DNA from: a virus | Lineage: Duplodnaviria; Caudoviricetes | DNA length: 26,169 nucleotides | Reading direction: 5' to 3' (one strand) | Virus record (IMG/VR): IMGVR_UViG_3300021982_000385 | Coordinates: 1 to 26,169 of that record | In this document: piece after piece, positions 8,135 to 15,888 of the stretch | Position numbering within the stretch: position 1 is the stretch's first letter | How the letters are laid out: the number at the start of each line of letters is the position of its first letter | Translations under genes and position numbers: made by a program | Notes under the pieces: generated by a model | What the model was told of the DNA's origin: nothing | Database searches by the model: none | The model's input: the letters and a program-made list of their open reading frames with translations, nothing else

Positions 8135-8851
8135 ATGGAATCTGTAATCGACGCACTGAAAGCCATGAAAAAAGCGACATATCGCGAGGTTGCCGCCCGT
8201 CTTGATATCGAACCCGTAGAAGCGCTGAACATGCTGCGCGAGCACAAACAGCAGGGTTTGTGTGATTTCTTCGATGGGTCATGGTCAGTCGGTACCGCGA
8301 AAGAGCAGGCCAGGGAACTGGCAAAAGCGCCGGCAGTGGCGCCAGTGCATAAGGCGCCACAGCTGAAAGGTGAGATACCGACAACTGTTGATCCGGATGT
8401 TGTCCGCCAGCTGCTCGGCAAGAACGGATCTATGACCACCGCGGCACTGGCCGCAGCTGTTAACCGTAATGCCCGCGGCATGGTCTCAGTGATGCTGGCG
8501 TTTGAGCGCCAGGGTGTGGTCATCAAAAACGGCAAGGGGAAGGGCGTTACATGGTCTCTGCCTGTAACCGGCCAGACTGAAACAGACAACACCGGAGCGG
8601 TACAACCTGAGCCAGGCACGCTGGATAACGAGTTAGCTTCATCGCCAGACAGCAAATCCCTGAATGAAATTATTGGGGATATTCCTGCATTCACCGCCCG
8701 CCCTGATGACCTGATTATTCCGTCATCGCGCTTTATTTCGAATGAAATCCGCCGCACAAAAGCGAAGCTGTCTAATCTGCAGCGTCTTCAGGGTGCCGTT
8801 CGGGAGCTGCGCCGCCATAAACACCTGCTGCAGGGGATGGGGAATGACTGA
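8135..8851 (+). CDS. DUF1627-like HTH protein
   Basis: MESVIDALKAMKKAT N-terminus; DDLIIPSSR..EIRRTKAKL C-terminus; usual post-dnaC position. Confidence 0.75.
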   Translation: MESVIDALKAMKKATYREVAARLDIEPVEALNMLREHKQQGLCDFFDGSWSVGTAKEQARELAKAPAVAPVHKAPQLKGEIPTTVDPDVVRQLLGKNGSMTTAALAAAVNRNARGMVSVMLAFERQGVVIKNGKGKGVTWSLPVTGQTETDNTGAVQPEPGTLDNELASSPDSKSLNEIIGDIPAFTARPDDLIIPSSRFISNEIRRTKAKLSNLQRLQGAVRELRRHKHLLQGMGND

Positions 8852-9074
8852 TTTACCGAAATGCCCAGAATGTGGGATGGCTCCTTCTCTCAAAGTTCGC
8901 AGCCGGGGAATGAACTGGGGGTCGGCAGAGGTTCGCTGTTCAAACGGTTGTCCTGGCGTCCGCGCGGGATTTTCGTTCCCGCCTGATGGTGAGGCAGCGG
9001 CCCGGCAATTGCTTCGGGAAAAATGGAAAGAGCTGGTGGGAGGGCTTAACGATGCCAAGACCAAAAACGCATGA
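8844..9074 (+). CDS. Lar-like zinc-ribbon protein
   Basis: LPKCPECG...VRCSNGC...A...W pattern. Confidence 0.55.
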   Translation: MTDLPKCPECGMAPSLKVRSRGMNWGSAEVRCSNGCPGVRAGFSFPPDGEAAARQLLREKWKELVGGLNDAKTKNA

Positions 9075-9312
9075 CGAGCGCACCAGGATTATCAACCGGA
9101 TTATCGAACTGGTGAAAGAGCATGGGCGCATCACTACGAAAGATGTCGTTGCGATGTTCGATCTGCATCGCACAACGGCTGAGAAATATCTCCGCACCGC
9201 GGTAGAGCAGGGCGGCCTGGTTCGTCATGGTCGCTGCGGTATTTTCCGCGATCAGCGCGCAACCATCGATTTTGACATGAAACGTTTTTCGAATAGTAAG
9301 GCGGCAGCATGA
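9052..9312 (+). CDS. DUF977-like HTH protein
   Basis: MPRPKT..ER..I..RIIELVKEHGRIT...HGRCGIF. Confidence 0.75.
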   Translation: MPRPKTHDERTRIINRIIELVKEHGRITTKDVVAMFDLHRTTAEKYLRTAVEQGGLVRHGRCGIFRDQRATIDFDMKRFSNSKAAA

Positions 9313-9617
9313 GCATTCAGCCGAAATACGGAATTTTATCTCCAGAGCAGCAGGCGGCGTTCGATGAGCTACTTAAAGACATGCCGCTCTATCAACCAAA
9401 ACGGCCGGAGCTAACCGGCCACCTAAGGAGTTATGAGCTTCCTGAATGGTGGAGGCATGGACAGAAGGTACGCACGCGCAGAGATGGCATTCTGACGCTG
9501 AATATTGCGCCTGACGCCGAATACTGGCTCACCAACGATGAAGGCAAAGAGGTTTACGTATTCTCTGCTGACATCCTCGGGCCGGTGAAAAACGATGCAG
9601 AAGGAGCCGCCCAATGA
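9309..9617 (+). CDS. Hypothetical phage protein
   Basis: ATGA overlaps at both ends. Confidence 0.7.
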   Translation: MSIQPKYGILSPEQQAAFDELLKDMPLYQPKRPELTGHLRSYELPEWWRHGQKVRTRRDGILTLNIAPDAEYWLTNDEGKEVYVFSADILGPVKNDAEGAAQ

Positions 9618-9913
9618 GCAACATCGACAAACAGACTCTCGCAGATGATGAAAGCGTGAAAACTTATTACATCCATCCGGCGGCATTCGGCAGCACGAAA
9701 AACCCAGGCTACGGGCATGTTCCTGTTGTACATGCTGATGATTTCGAGAAACTGCGCGCCAAGCTGGAAGCCGCAGAGAAGCGGATTGCTGACCAGTGCG
9801 GAATCATCAAGTCGGCTCGAAAGTTCATCAACGAGTACGTGGGCCTGGGTGATGTAGGCGCTGCTGAGTTCATAAAGATAATAGACCGCGCAGCAGCCGC
9901 TAAAGGAGAGTGA
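9614..9913 (+). CDS. Ead/Ea22-like mosaic protein
   Basis: MSNIDKQ.L start; LEAAEKRIA coiled coil. Confidence 0.65.
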   Translation: MSNIDKQTLADDESVKTYYIHPAAFGSTKNPGYGHVPVVHADDFEKLRAKLEAAEKRIADQCGIIKSARKFINEYVGLGDVGAAEFIKIIDRAAAAKGE

Positions 9914-9914
9914 T

Positions 9915-10334
9915 ATGGCACTGACGAAAAACCAGAGAGCAGAGCTTCGAATGAAGTTCGGCGGCCGCTGTGCTTACTGTGGATGCGAGCTACCGGAAAA
10001 AGGCTGGCACGCTGACCACGTCGAGGCGGCATTGCGTAAGTGGGAATTCGGCGAGCGACAGGCTGACGGAAGCAGACGCACCGTCGCAACAGGAGAGTTC
10101 TGGCGCCCGGAGAATGACGCTATCGAAAATCTGTTCCCGGCATGCGCTCCATGCAATCTGTTTAAAGCGACTTTCACAGTTGAAGGGTTGCGTGAACAGG
10201 TGGCAGCCCAGGCAGAGCGTGCGCGAGCATACAGCGTAAATTTCAGAACGGCGGAACGTTTCGGGCTGGTTGAGGTAGTCGAGAAGCCCGTTATTTTCTG
10301 GTTTGAACGGTATCAGGAAGGAGCGACATCATGA
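9915..10334 (+). CDS. HNH endonuclease
   Basis: CAYCG...HADHV...NLFPACAPCNLFK. Confidence 0.85.
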   Translation: MALTKNQRAELRMKFGGRCAYCGCELPEKGWHADHVEAALRKWEFGERQADGSRRTVATGEFWRPENDAIENLFPACAPCNLFKATFTVEGLREQVAAQAERARAYSVNFRTAERFGLVEVVEKPVIFWFERYQEGATS

Positions 10335-10915
10335 GCACTGTTACCAAAGAATGGCTGCAACAAACTATCGCCGAATATGAAGCCAATCGTGATGAATTAC
10401 CATTTGGACTGGATACCAACAGTGCCATTGAACTTCAGGCGTTCAAGTTGGCGCTGGCATCGCTCGAAGCGGAGCCTGTGGCATTACGTGACGAGCGTTC
10501 AGGTAGTGGAGGTATCAGCAAGAAGCCTGGATTTAATGACCTACCGCATGGCACACCGCTATACGCCGCCCCGCAATCGACGGTATCTGTGCCTGATTTC
10601 AAGAAGCTAGCGCGTGAGCTGGTAGAAAACCTCGTTGACTGTGATGGCGCTGATGATAGCGCGGTTAAGCAGTATCTGAAATGGACGGAGAAAACCTGCC
10701 GCGACGCCATGCTTCAGGGGGCCGATCAACCACAAAACGCACCGCAAAATATTCCTGAAAAAATTCCTGCCAGGTGGCGGCAGTGGATTATCGACGTCGT
10801 TGAATATTTAGAGAATGGACTCGAAGTGGACGGAGAACTTGAGGCGCAGGGCAGTGTAGATGCTAAGCGTTTGCTGGCAGCAGCCCCTCTGCAGGAGGTA
10901 AAAACGTGTACCTGA
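10331..10915 (+). CDS. Eaa-like mosaic phage protein
   Basis: MST.TKEWLQQ.I, LALASLEAEPVA and PLYAAP motifs. Confidence 0.7.
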   Translation: MSTVTKEWLQQTIAEYEANRDELPFGLDTNSAIELQAFKLALASLEAEPVALRDERSGSGGISKKPGFNDLPHGTPLYAAPQSTVSVPDFKKLARELVENLVDCDGADDSAVKQYLKWTEKTCRDAMLQGADQPQNAPQNIPEKIPARWRQWIIDVVEYLENGLEVDGELEAQGSVDAKRLLAAAPLQEVKTCT

Positions 10916-10995
10916 TGGAGCTGTTATCAGGCGCAGTCTGGCTGGTTGTTTTAATCGTGCTGGTGGTGCTGGCTCTGAGAAGAATTGATTACTGA
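10906..10995 (+). CDS. 29-aa single-pass membrane peptide (not in the ORF track)
   Basis: AGGAGG SD plus GTG; MYLMELLSGAVWLVVLIVLVVLALRRIDY. Confidence 0.6.
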   Translation: MYLMELLSGAVWLVVLIVLVVLALRRIDY

Positions 10996-11005
10996 TTAAG
11001 CACTT

Positions 11006-11026
11006 ACCCGCTTCGGCGGGTTTTTT
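11006..11026 (+). terminator. Rho-independent terminator
   Basis: ACCCGC-TTCG-GCGGGT-TTTTT. Confidence 0.9.
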
Positions 11027-11068
11027 GTCCTACTCCAAAGCCCTTTAACATTCCGTGCTGTTAAACCG

Positions 11069-11111
11069 TTGATCAATTCCATGTGTGAGTGTACTGTATA
11101 AATATACAGTA
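11069..11111 (+). promoter_or_regulatory. SOS promoter with LexA box
   Basis: TTGATC-17 nt-TACTGT; TACTGTATAAATATACAGTA at 11092-11111 is a near-consensus SOS box over the -10. Confidence 0.9.
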
Positions 11112-11131
11112 ACATTATGGAGGCGATCACC

Positions 11132-11455
11132 ATGGGTTTTCCATCACCAGCAGCAGACTACGCAGAACAAACCCTCTCAATTACCAGCATCTGCGGTTAT
11201 GACAGCAACTGCCGCACCATCGAAACCTCTTCCGGTTACGCAATCATCAACGTTGCCAGAAAGGCGAAGATTGGCGACACGGTACTCATTTCCTTCTGTG
11301 GAAAACTGGACTTCGCCTCCGTTCAGGGGAAAGCACTCATCACGCCTGACGGAGAGGCGATTGAAGGTGATGCGCTGGATGATGCGACCGTTCATGGTGT
11401 TGTTACATACCTTCTGAACAGCGTTACCGACACAGACGACAGGCCAGTGATATAG
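11132..11455 (+). CDS. UmuD'-like (HumD-like) protein lacking the catalytic Ser/Lys
   Basis: GGAGG SD; MGFPSPAADYAEQ corresponds to the UmuD' N-terminus; GDTVLI and VHGVV strands retained; no GDSM or VK motif. Confidence 0.8.
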   Translation: MGFPSPAADYAEQTLSITSICGYDSNCRTIETSSGYAIINVARKAKIGDTVLISFCGKLDFASVQGKALITPDGEAIEGDALDDATVHGVVTYLLNSVTDTDDRPVI

Positions 11456-11500
11456 CAGAGGGTGCATGATTCCTGTGCATAAAGAGCCGATCGGTTACAC

Positions 11501-11524
11501 AGATCAATTACAGTTAATTGATCT
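11501..11524. repeat. GATC-containing inverted repeat
   Basis: AGATCAATTA-CAGT-TAATTGATCT. Confidence 0.6.
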
Positions 11525-11640
11525 ATCTAACCTATTAGACGTTCATGGCGATGGCTGCTTTAGTTACGTTCAGCGCGCAGGGAGAAAAGGGCCGACCCCC
11601 GATTAGTCGGGGATGACTGAATTGAATAGGATTTTTCGTT

Positions 11641-11808
11641 ATGAATGAGCAAGAATTAATCGCTGCCGTTCGCCCTGCTGGACGTTATGAGGTAGTGAGC
11701 CGGGAGGATGGCTCCTTTGTTGTAATCCCTGTACCTGCCGAAGCAATACTCATCACCAGGGAAGCACTCAGACAATGCCTTGAGCGCTTCCGCAACCCTG
11801 ACAACTGA
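11641..11808 (+). CDS. 55-aa hypothetical protein (not in the ORF track)
   Basis: MNEQELIAAVRPAGRYEVVSREDGSFVVIPVPAEAILITREALRQCLERFRNPDN; AGGA upstream. Confidence 0.6.
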   Translation: MNEQELIAAVRPAGRYEVVSREDGSFVVIPVPAEAILITREALRQCLERFRNPDN

Positions 11809-11870
11809 TTTATAATAATCAAGCTGGCCTGAACAACCAGCGCCTGTCGCACCATCACCGGAGAAAAGTG

Positions 11871-11951
11871 ATGGCGCAAAGAACTACCCAGAATTATTCA
11901 CACCGCCCATTCGCACGCGGTGTTTCTGCTTATGCTGGTGGTCCAGCATGA
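11871..11951 (+). CDS. 26-aa leader ORF coupled to ref
   Basis: GGAG SD; MAQRTTQNYSHRPFARGVSAYAGGPA; ATGA overlap with the next gene. Confidence 0.45.
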   Translation: MAQRTTQNYSHRPFARGVSAYAGGPA

Positions 11952-12241
11952 AGAAAGCAGATAGCCTCTATCTTTCACGTGTGGCCGCACTGGGCTGCAT
12001 TGTGTGCAGAAACCAGAACCTGGGCGAGACGCCTGCGGAAATTCACCATATCCGAACCGGTCAGGGCACAAGCCAGCGCGCTGACCATCGAAAATCAATT
12101 CCCCTGTGCCATATGCATCATCGCAACGGCGGTTATGGTGTGGCGATTCATGCTGGCCGTAAGCAATGGGAGAAAAACTTCGGTACCGAGTTGCAGCTGC
12201 TGGAGCAGGTCCAGTTAGAGCTGGGGGTGTTCTATGCCTAA
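11948..12241 (+). CDS. Ref-family / HNH-like nuclease
   Basis: LGCIVC...AEIHH...IPLC..HH...IH. Confidence 0.8.
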   Translation: MKKADSLYLSRVAALGCIVCRNQNLGETPAEIHHIRTGQGTSQRADHRKSIPLCHMHHRNGGYGVAIHAGRKQWEKNFGTELQLLEQVQLELGVFYA

Positions 12242-12590
12242 ATACATCATCACCCCAGTAGGAAAACCCCGCATGACTCGCCGCGATAAATGGAAACAGC
12301 GGCCGCCCGTGATGCGCTATCGCATGTTCTGCGATGAAGCCAGGCTGCATGGAATCCAGGTGCCGGAGAGCGGCGCCCATATCACCTTCGTTTTGCCGAT
12401 GCCGCAGAGCTGGAGCAAGAAAAAACGCGCAGCTATGGACGGCCAGCCCCACCAGCAAAAGCCAGATCTGGACAACTTAACAAAATCTCTGTTGGACGCC
12501 TTGTTTGAGGATGATTCCCACATTTGGGACGCCCGGACATCAAAAGTATGGGGCGAAACCGGAATGATAATTATCGAGGACATGAAATGA
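12234..12590 (+). CDS. rusA: RusA Holliday junction resolvase
   Basis: KPDLDNLTKSLLDAL.EDD catalytic motif. Confidence 0.9.
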   Translation: MPKYIITPVGKPRMTRRDKWKQRPPVMRYRMFCDEARLHGIQVPESGAHITFVLPMPQSWSKKKRAAMDGQPHQQKPDLDNLTKSLLDALFEDDSHIWDARTSKVWGETGMIIIEDMK

Positions 12591-13192
12591 CGCCACGCCA
12601 GAAACGCCAGTATCTCGAAGGGCTGGGAAAAACAGCAATGGCACCACGTAAGAGTTGGCTGGGGAAAAGTATTCTCCTGAATGATGTCCAGTCCGGGTGG
12701 ATTAAATCGCTACTTACCGTGTGGGGCGAATGTGTTCGCGGCGGAACCGCCCCGGCGAAACCGTGTGGGCATTCGTGCTGGCAAGTGATCAGGGGGACGA
12801 ACTGGTCAGATAAAGCGCTTGAACGTTTTACTGCCGCACTGAACCAGGCAAGGGAGGAGGGTTACCGCGGCGAACAGGCAATGCGGCGGGCACGCTCGAT
12901 ACTCTGGCCTGAACCAGCGGCCAGCGTAATTGATGAGGCTATGACTCTTGATGATGCTGAGTTCATGGAGGACGTGGTGCTGCAGGCGTTTGATTTGAAG
13001 GATCCGGTTTATATCGTCGGGCGGCAGTATTACACCACCCGAAAAAAAATATCGGACATCACCAGAGATTTGCAGAGTATGGCGCCATGGCTTACGGATA
13101 ACGAGGCCAGAAAGCGGGTGCGCTGGTGCCTGGAAATATTCAGGGCAAAGGTTTTTCTGTCGGTGCGGAATGCCCTTAAAGAAAATTCATGA
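12587..13192 (+). CDS. Late antiterminator Q (DUF1133-like)
   Basis: Follows rusA and precedes pR'/tR'; WIKSLLTVWG and RKRVRWC motifs. Confidence 0.7.
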   Translation: MTPRQKRQYLEGLGKTAMAPRKSWLGKSILLNDVQSGWIKSLLTVWGECVRGGTAPAKPCGHSCWQVIRGTNWSDKALERFTAALNQAREEGYRGEQAMRRARSILWPEPAASVIDEAMTLDDAEFMEDVVLQAFDLKDPVYIVGRQYYTTRKKISDITRDLQSMAPWLTDNEARKRVRWCLEIFRAKVFLSVRNALKENS

Positions 13193-13234
13193 AAATCATT
13201 TTTTAGCAAAAAGTGCTATTTGTGCGATGAAACA

Positions 13235-13262
13235 TTGAAAACGGGCCAGAAAATCAGATAAT
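13235..13262 (+). promoter_or_regulatory. Late promoter pR'
   Basis: TTGAAA-16 nt-GATAAT right after Q and about 70 nt before a terminator. Confidence 0.55.
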
Positions 13263-13328
13263 CCATTCATGCTTGGCAGAGCTGCACCACGATGGCAGCG
13301 ATGTAAAGCGACAATTTGAATAAACTTG

Positions 13329-13352
13329 AAACCCCGCCTGCCGGGGTTTTTT
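13329..13352 (+). terminator. tR' terminator
   Basis: AAACCCCG-CCTGC-CGGGGTTT-TTT. Confidence 0.85.
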
Positions 13353-13359
13353 GTTATCC

Positions 13360-13418
13360 GGCGATACGACAGGGGTATTCGCGAAGGTGCATGGCATCAG
13401 TACCCCTGTCATATCGCC
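13360..13418. other. Long stem-loop
   Basis: GGCGATACGACAGGGGTA / TACCCCTGTCATATCGCC, 17 of 18 paired. Confidence 0.7.
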
Positions 13419-13501
13419 GCACTTCATTCAACTTTTAGTATTTTTAACGCCCCCGTGCAAAATGAAAAGCTACACTCACCTTTGATGAACGAAGGGTTAG
13501 C

Positions 13502-13693
13502 ATGAAAGAAGGTTATTATTGGATCCAGCATAACGGAAAAGTTCAGGTAGCTTATTATTCTGATGGCATGACCGAAGACTTGGTAACAGGTCAAACGATT
13601 AGCGGTGTATGGCATCTAACGATTGGCGATGACATTTGTCACGATGGGGAGGCTGAAATTCTCGAAGGTCCACTTTCCCCACCAATTTGCTAA
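13502..13693 (+). CDS. 63-aa acidic hypothetical moron protein
   Basis: MKEGYYWIQHNG..QVAYY; GAAGGG SD-like sequence; downstream terminator. Confidence 0.75.
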   Translation: MKEGYYWIQHNGKVQVAYYSDGMTEDLVTGQTISGVWHLTIGDDICHDGEAEILEGPLSPPIC

Positions 13694-13827
13694 TAACATT
13701 TATTGCACTGTATTCATTGAACTTCATCGTTTTAGAACTATTCTTTCAACTATCCGGTGGAATGGATATGGAAGTGCTTTGTACATAGTGCTTTTACTGA
13801 CAGCGTGTATGCTGTTAGCGTCTGGTT

Positions 13828-13854
13828 GCCTGCACGCTGAGTGGGCTTTTTTTT
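13828..13854 (+). terminator. Rho-independent terminator
   Basis: GCCTGC-ACGCTGA-GTGGGC followed by a T-run. Confidence 0.65.
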
Positions 13855-13905
13855 GTCCAGAAATAACGAATTGACCTTTAGAATGATTAGCGCGTAAATT
13901 ATTTC

Positions 13906-14075
13906 TGTGGTGAATCCTTTCTAAGCGAAAGGGCGTTCCAGCCAACTGCTATCTGCAGGTATGCGCGCGACTTTGCTGGCTGGAGTAGAGTCACCGGGAG
14001 GCACCCGGCACCATGACAACAACAATACAGTTTCAAATTCCTTGAGAGCCTGCCGTAAAAAGCAGGCCTTTTTTT
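13906..14075 (+). ncRNA. Candidate structured sRNA with its own promoter and terminator
   Basis: TTGACC-18 nt-TAAATT upstream; multibranch pairing; GCCTGC/GCAGGC terminator with T-run. Confidence 0.55.
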
Positions 14076-14230
14076 ATGAATTTGCAAACTGCTGCTACGC
14101 TTGAAATGTGTGTTGAAGGTAACTGCCTGATGGTTCTCCTGAACCGTTGTGAATCAGCCCGATACTGTCTCACTCTGGTCAGTTAGCAAAACCCACGACT
14201 ACCTACCTTACTTACTAATAGTCACTCATT

Positions 14231-14258
14231 AGCCCGCCTTCAAAAGCGGGCTTTTTTT
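14231..14258 (+). terminator. Rho-independent terminator before the lysis genes
   Basis: AGCCCGC-CTTCAAAA-GCGGGCT-TTTTTT. Confidence 0.85.
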
Positions 14259-14308
14259 ATCTCCCCTCAATTTTTCTGAGAGGACTCACGGCAATAAGAG
14301 GGGGCTAA

Positions 14309-14704
14309 ATGTCCGATCCTGTTTCTGGCGCTACGGTAGCGGCTGGTGGTCTCATGGGGGCCAGTATCTTTGGCCTGGCAACCGGTATTGATTACGGTGT
14401 GGTGTTTGGCGCATTTGCTGGCGCGGTGTTCTACGTCGCTACGGCGGTAAATATCAGCCGCCTGAAGCTGGTGGGCTATTTCATCACATCATTCATTTTT
14501 GGCGTTCTGGGTGCGCCTCTCCTCGGTTCTTACTTTTCGAAATGGACGGGGTATAGCGACAGGCCACTTGATGCGCTGGGAGCGGTAATCGTAGCCGCTA
14601 TTGCGATTAAGCTGCTGACGTTCGTCAACAGTCAGGATTTGGGTAGCCTGTTTGGAATTCTCTCTCGTTTACGTGGAGGAGGGACCAGCAATGGTAACAA
14701 GTGA
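14309..14704 (+). CDS. Putative holin (multi-TM)
   Basis: DYGVVFGAFAGAVFYV motif; several TM segments; first lysis gene. Confidence 0.8.
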   Translation: MSDPVSGATVAAGGLMGASIFGLATGIDYGVVFGAFAGAVFYVATAVNISRLKLVGYFITSFIFGVLGAPLLGSYFSKWTGYSDRPLDALGAVIVAAIAIKLLTFVNSQDLGSLFGILSRLRGGGTSNGNK

Positions 14705-14972
14705 TCCGAGTGCAATGGCGAATGCCATCATCTGCGGGGTGATCGTTCTTGCCCTCATGTTCTACCAGCGCGGCGGGGCGAGACATCGTCCTCTGATATC
14801 GCTGATGGCTTATTTCACGGTGCTGGTTTATGCCAGCGTCCCTTTCCGTTACCTGTTCGGCCTGTATCACGAATCACACTGGTTTGTGGTGCTGGTGAAC
14901 GTCCTGATTTGCGCTGCTCTTCTCTGGGCTCGGGGAAACATGGCGCGCCTGGTTGATGCACTGAGGCACTAA
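14691..14972 (+). CDS. Second holin-family protein (3 TM)
   Basis: LMFYQRGGARHRP and ARGNMARL motifs. Confidence 0.8.
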   Translation: MVTSDPSAMANAIICGVIVLALMFYQRGGARHRPLISLMAYFTVLVYASVPFRYLFGLYHESHWFVVLVNVLICAALLWARGNMARLVDALRH

Positions 14973-15598
14973 TGAACCAATCACAATTTCAAAAGGCGGC
15001 TGGGCTAAGCGCCGAGTTAGCTGCGCGCTGGTTTCAGCCAGTCAGTGATGCGATGAAAGAGTTCGGCATCACCAGGCCGGTAGACCAGGCGATGTTCATT
15101 GCTCAGGCAGGGCATGAATCAGCTGGCTTCACTCTGCTCGTGGAAAGCTTCAACTACCGCATTGCAGCACTTGTTAACTTCATCCGTGCAGGACGTCTCA
15201 CAGCAGACCAGGCAAATGCGCTTGGCCGCCGTCCTGAGGAGCGAACATTACCGATTGAGCGCCAGCGAGCCATTGCTAACCTGGTATACAGCAAACGCAT
15301 GGGGAATAACGCACCCGGTGACGGCTGGTTATACCGTGGGCGTGGACTTATCCAGATTACCGGCCTCAACAACTACCGTGACTGTGGGAACGGCCTGAAG
15401 GTTGATCTGGTTAAGCAGCCTGAGCTATTGGCCGAAGATGTTTACGCAGCCAGAAGCGCGGCGTGGTTCTTCGCTACTAAGGGATGCGTGAAGTATTCCG
15501 GCGACCTTTTGCAGGTGACGAAGATTATAAACGGCGGCACGAACGGACTGGAAGATCGTCGCGCTCGGTTCGGTCAGGCCAAAACGGTACTGGTGTGA
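14972..15598 (+). CDS. GH19 endolysin
   Basis: FIAQAGHES, YRGRGLIQITG..NY, INGG.NGL.DR. Confidence 0.92.
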   Translation: MNQSQFQKAAGLSAELAARWFQPVSDAMKEFGITRPVDQAMFIAQAGHESAGFTLLVESFNYRIAALVNFIRAGRLTADQANALGRRPEERTLPIERQRAIANLVYSKRMGNNAPGDGWLYRGRGLIQITGLNNYRDCGNGLKVDLVKQPELLAEDVYAARSAAWFFATKGCVKYSGDLLQVTKIINGGTNGLEDRRARFGQAKTVLV

Positions 15599-15605
15599 GG
15601 TTGAT

Positions 15606-15875
15606 ATGGGATTAGAAACAATCGTCGGTATTGCTGCCCTGATAATGGCGGCCATCGCTGGTGCTTTTGGTATTGGTCATTCACGCGGCACCAGCAAAGC
15701 GGAAGCGAAAGCCGACCAGCAGCGAACCGAAGAAAAGGCCGCAGCGACTGAAGCAGTAGCCGAACGCCGGGTAGAAGCAACGAAAGAGGCCAGCAATGTA
15801 CAGCAGACTGTTAACCACTTGCCTGATAACGATGTTGATCGCGAGCTGCGTGACACGTGGAAGCGCAGCTCATAA
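15606..15875 (+). CDS. Inner-membrane spanin (Rz-like)
   Basis: N-terminal TM plus Ala/Glu-rich coiled coil directly after the endolysin. Confidence 0.75.
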   Translation: MGLETIVGIAALIMAAIAGAFGIGHSRGTSKAEAKADQQRTEEKAAATEAVAERRVEATKEASNVQQTVNHLPDNDVDRELRDTWKRSS

Positions 15876-15888
15876 GGGGCGAATATGA
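15796..15888 (+). pseudogene. Vestigial embedded o-spanin N-terminus
   Basis: Alternate frame MYSRLLTTCLITMLIASCVTRGSAAHKGRI with LIASC lipobox; stop overlaps the HNH ATG (ATGA). Confidence 0.65.

Noticed and set aside
11537-11544. Single Met-box-like AGACGTTC
   Set aside because: No adjacent tandem box
13623-13874. Hydrophobic 83-aa ORF or Hok-like toxin
   Set aside because: Overlaps the 63-aa gene, runs through a terminator and has no convincing internal start
13200-14300. tRNA genes, common after Q
   Set aside because: No cloverleaf with a GTTCRA T-loop seen
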